A stretch of DNA of 64,000 nucleotides from Haplodiscus bocki (Eukaryota). Location of the stretch: the NCBI GenBank assembly GCA_965655095.1, contig OZ296648.1:40176001-40240000 (forward strand), read 5' to 3'. Under the pieces are notes generated by a model, which did no database searches, was not told the origin of the DNA, and worked only from the letters and a program-made list of their open reading frames with translations. This document shows positions 61,201 to 64,000 of the stretch, piece by piece. The translations under genes and the position numbers were made by a program. Positions within the stretch are counted from its first letter, which is position 1; every line of letters begins with the position of its first letter.

Positions 61201-64000
61201 GAAAGTCTACGTTGCCCTTATTTTGCAATACGCAATAGACGCTCCTAGTTCTCTTTCTAGTCACTCATATGAAGAATATTGAAAAAGGATGCAACTTCAA
61301 AGTTTGAATTCAGAAGTACTAGTCAAGTTAAATCGCAAAAAACTAAAGTAGTGAGCATATGTCACTCAGAAGTGTAAAACATTTATTAGACAAAATAAAT
61401 TCAGACTCCGTAGATGAACATTTTTGATGGTGAGTTGAATATTTGAGCGTCTCACCAGAAAAAAATTTGATGTGCTTTCTCCAGAAAAAAGCAACTTAAT
61501 CACCGACAAAGCCTAAGAGCTGTGAATCAGTCCAGTTGTTGACTCCAAATTGTTTGGATGCGGTCAGTTGATATATGCAATGGATTGCATCAATCCAAAA
61601 GAATCACTCAGAGAAACAGATTAGAAAAACACCTGAAAAAAACTCGAAAAACACGTTACAAGTAAGGCTATTTCTATCATTAAGGACCCCATTTTTCCAC
61701 CGAAAACAGTTTCAGTTCGAAAAAAACGATGATGGTAACTGAGCAGAGGAGAGTATTCAAAAGATGTCGCAAAAGTGTGTATTCTACCAAAAACAAGTTT
61801 TTTGGACATTTTGGCCACAAAACACTGCATGTTAAATGATACGAATCGACGAAAACGGAAATCAGGGCCCCGAAACGATTAAACGATCTCACGAACAATT
61901 TCGCAATAAATCACAATTGTCAACCATAGACAACGCGTGTCGACGAAAAAGATTTTTGTTAGATACTTACATTTCTTTCTTGTGTACAGATTAAATCTCT
62001 ACGACATTCGGCAGCAAAATGGTGTAACCTGAAAAGACACAATTGACCTATCAACTTTCCGAGTATGAGACCCCTTGACTGGTACTTGTCTGTTTTTTTT
62101 TCGAACGCACTTTTGATTGACAGCAGGTGGACTATCAAGTCTGGCAAACACGCTGTCTCACAAACAAAACCTCCATGTCAATCATCATTTTTTTCACATT
62201 ACACCATTTTAATCCATAAAGAATAGGAAATTTGCAAAATAAAAAACGCAGAATTGAAAAACTACCCTGTTTACCCTAGAAGACTAGGTTTTCGTAACTT
62301 CCAAAAATTGAATATGCTTTAGGTGCGCAAGGCATTAGGCGCCAAGAAATTAGGAAAAAGTTGGAAAAAGAATTTAGAACCGGAGGCCAAAACATTTCCA
62401 CACATGATCGGTGTAAGTTCTTACTAGAATTATGATGATTTACACAAAACGTTCAACGAACGTTTGATATCGTTAAACTATGGAACTGAACAAGGTTCTC
62501 TTTGAAATTGACAATCCGATATCAGTTGAACAATACTATGGAATAAGATACGTTAACTTCGAAAAGGGTATGAGTTATATCCATTTATACACTAATAGAC
62601 TTTTCATAAAGCACCAAACTCAAAAAACTGAAAGAGGAATTAACGAGCCAAACACTTTGAATCTCGAAGAACTTCGGCTCCTAATTGTTGGTCATTTAAC
62701 TTTTCGAATTGAAAACTCTCCAAAACTGTCCAGTTAAAAGAATTGATACCTGAAAATCTCCTCTTTGAGCCGTGCAGGAAAACAATTAAATAGGTGGTTT
62801 GAGTGAAAAAACCAAAATTGAAAAAATTGATGGTCACACGTAGGTGTAGCATTATTCGATCCCTATTTATTTTACGTCAGAGGACAAAACCCGGAGAAAA
62901 GCATGGAATGAAAAAAATGAAATTACGCTCAGAACGTTGGGGATTAGGATGCAAATGAAAACAATTGAGCGGGTAGTGTGACAGAAAAAAGCAATTGCAA
63001 GAGGGACTAAACCAGAAAATCATATTCATGTGTGAAGGAAGAGCGCTTTCATTCAATTTCTGACTCTCAATCAGAAATAATTCTACGCCGAAAGTCGAAG
63101 TATAAAATCAATCGCAATCAAATTTCTTTGACCAAGACACTGCAAGAAAACTAATTGTCGAAATTCTTTGACAATGTAAGTTTTCTCCGTTGATTTAGCT
63201 GTTTGAAACCGAAACTGAACAAAACCAACTAAACTGATTGTCAACTGTCGTCTTTCAGAAATTTAATCTAATAACTCATTTTCTCAAATACTCTACAGGA
63301 AACGTAAAAATTCAGTTGCTCCAACAAATGCCCACCAAGTCACGTAGAATTGTAGGGTTAAACATTTATTCAAACTCAAATTATCGGAAGAACGGGAACC
63401 ATCAACAAGAAGTCGGGGACCACCGAAATTGGGGAATGGCAATGAAAACAAAAATTTAGCTTCAACAAATGGCAAGTAAACGAATTAGTAGAAAATAGTA
63501 TGTAACCCAGTGGTTTTCCTCGAGAAAGAACGCCGGAGTGAAAGCGCAACAAAATAACTTTAATTTTACAGTCACAAGTTCGGTTACGACGAGGGAACGG
63601 TAAGGATCATGACAATCTTGCTAATTACGAGAAAGTCTACGTTGCCCTTATTTTGCAATACGCAATAGACGCTCCTAGTTCTCTTTCTAGTCACTCATAT
63701 GAAGAATATTGAAAAAGGATGCAACTTCAAAGTTTGAATTCAGAAGTACTAGTCAAGTTAAATCGCAAAAAACTAAAGTAGTGAGCATATGTCACTCAGA
63801 AGTGTAAAACATTTACTGGACAAAATAAATCCAGACTCCGTAGAAGAACATTTTTGATGGTGAGTTAAATATTTGAACGTCTCACCAGAAAAAAAATTGA
63901 CGTGCTTCCTCCGGAAAAAAGCAACTTAATGACCGACAAAACCTAAGAGCTGTGAATCAGTACAGTTGTTGACTCTGAAATGTTTGGATGCGGTCAGTTG
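37295..64000 (+). repeat. Tandem macrosatellite, about 11 copies of a 2417-2452 bp unit, running off the window end; unit derived from a decayed Ty3/Gypsy pol
   Basis: The anchor aaccatag ends at 37614, 40066, 42483, 44931, 47383, 49806, 52233, 54659, 57086, 59509 and 61929 (periods 2452, 2417, 2448, 2452, 2423, 2427, 2426, 2427, 2423, 2420). The tandem structure is certain; the Gypsy origin is inferred from collinear motif remnants (see findings). Confidence 0.97.

Noticed and set aside
37237-63475. Recurring 60-125 aa ORFs in the array (MKKMMMVTEQ…, MPFVEAKF…, MDRIMLHL…) as real genes
   Set aside because: They recur only because the DNA is repeated. They often start at non-ATG codons, are broken by indels in some copies, and overlap on both strands.
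37295-64000. Tandem histone gene cluster, rDNA/5S or snRNA array (tempting because SLBP is nearby)
   Set aside because: No histone ORF, no histone stem-loop (GGYYCTTTTCAGRRCC) and no recognisable rRNA or snRNA sequence in the monomer.
1-64000. CRISPR array or prokaryotic operon/defence system
   Set aside because: No short repeat-spacer array, very low coding density, and eukaryotic gene and TE content.

Overview
AT-rich eukaryotic (animal-like) genomic DNA. It holds one confidently identifiable gene: a minus-strand histone-mRNA stem-loop binding protein (SLBP) with an intronless CDS at 12801-14315, about 504 aa. A few weaker candidate exons or small genes lie at 4.1-4.4, 10.9-11.3, 15.7-16.0 and 24.6-24.95 kb. 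The rest of 1-37 kb is a graveyard of heavily decayed mobile elements: Ty3/Gypsy pol fragments, three Penelope-like RT remnants, a probable Polinton/adintovirus-like capsid-protease-ATPase fossil, and non-autonomous 'AACAAG...' Helentron/DINE-1-like repeats, some carrying tRNA-like boxes. From ~37295 to the window end there is a head-to-tail macrosatellite of about 11 copies of a 2417-2452 bp unit. Read across frameshifts, the unit looks like a dead Ty3/Gypsy pol segment (RT C-terminal half, RNase H, integrase) amplified after it decayed. Central copies are near-identical, edge copies are diverged, and non-adjacent copies share variant blocks. The SLBP has substitutions at both RNA-loop-stacking positions (human Y144 and H195 equivalents) and a long C-terminal tail rich in CDK sites. 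All family assignments come from motif recognition by eye, not database searches.
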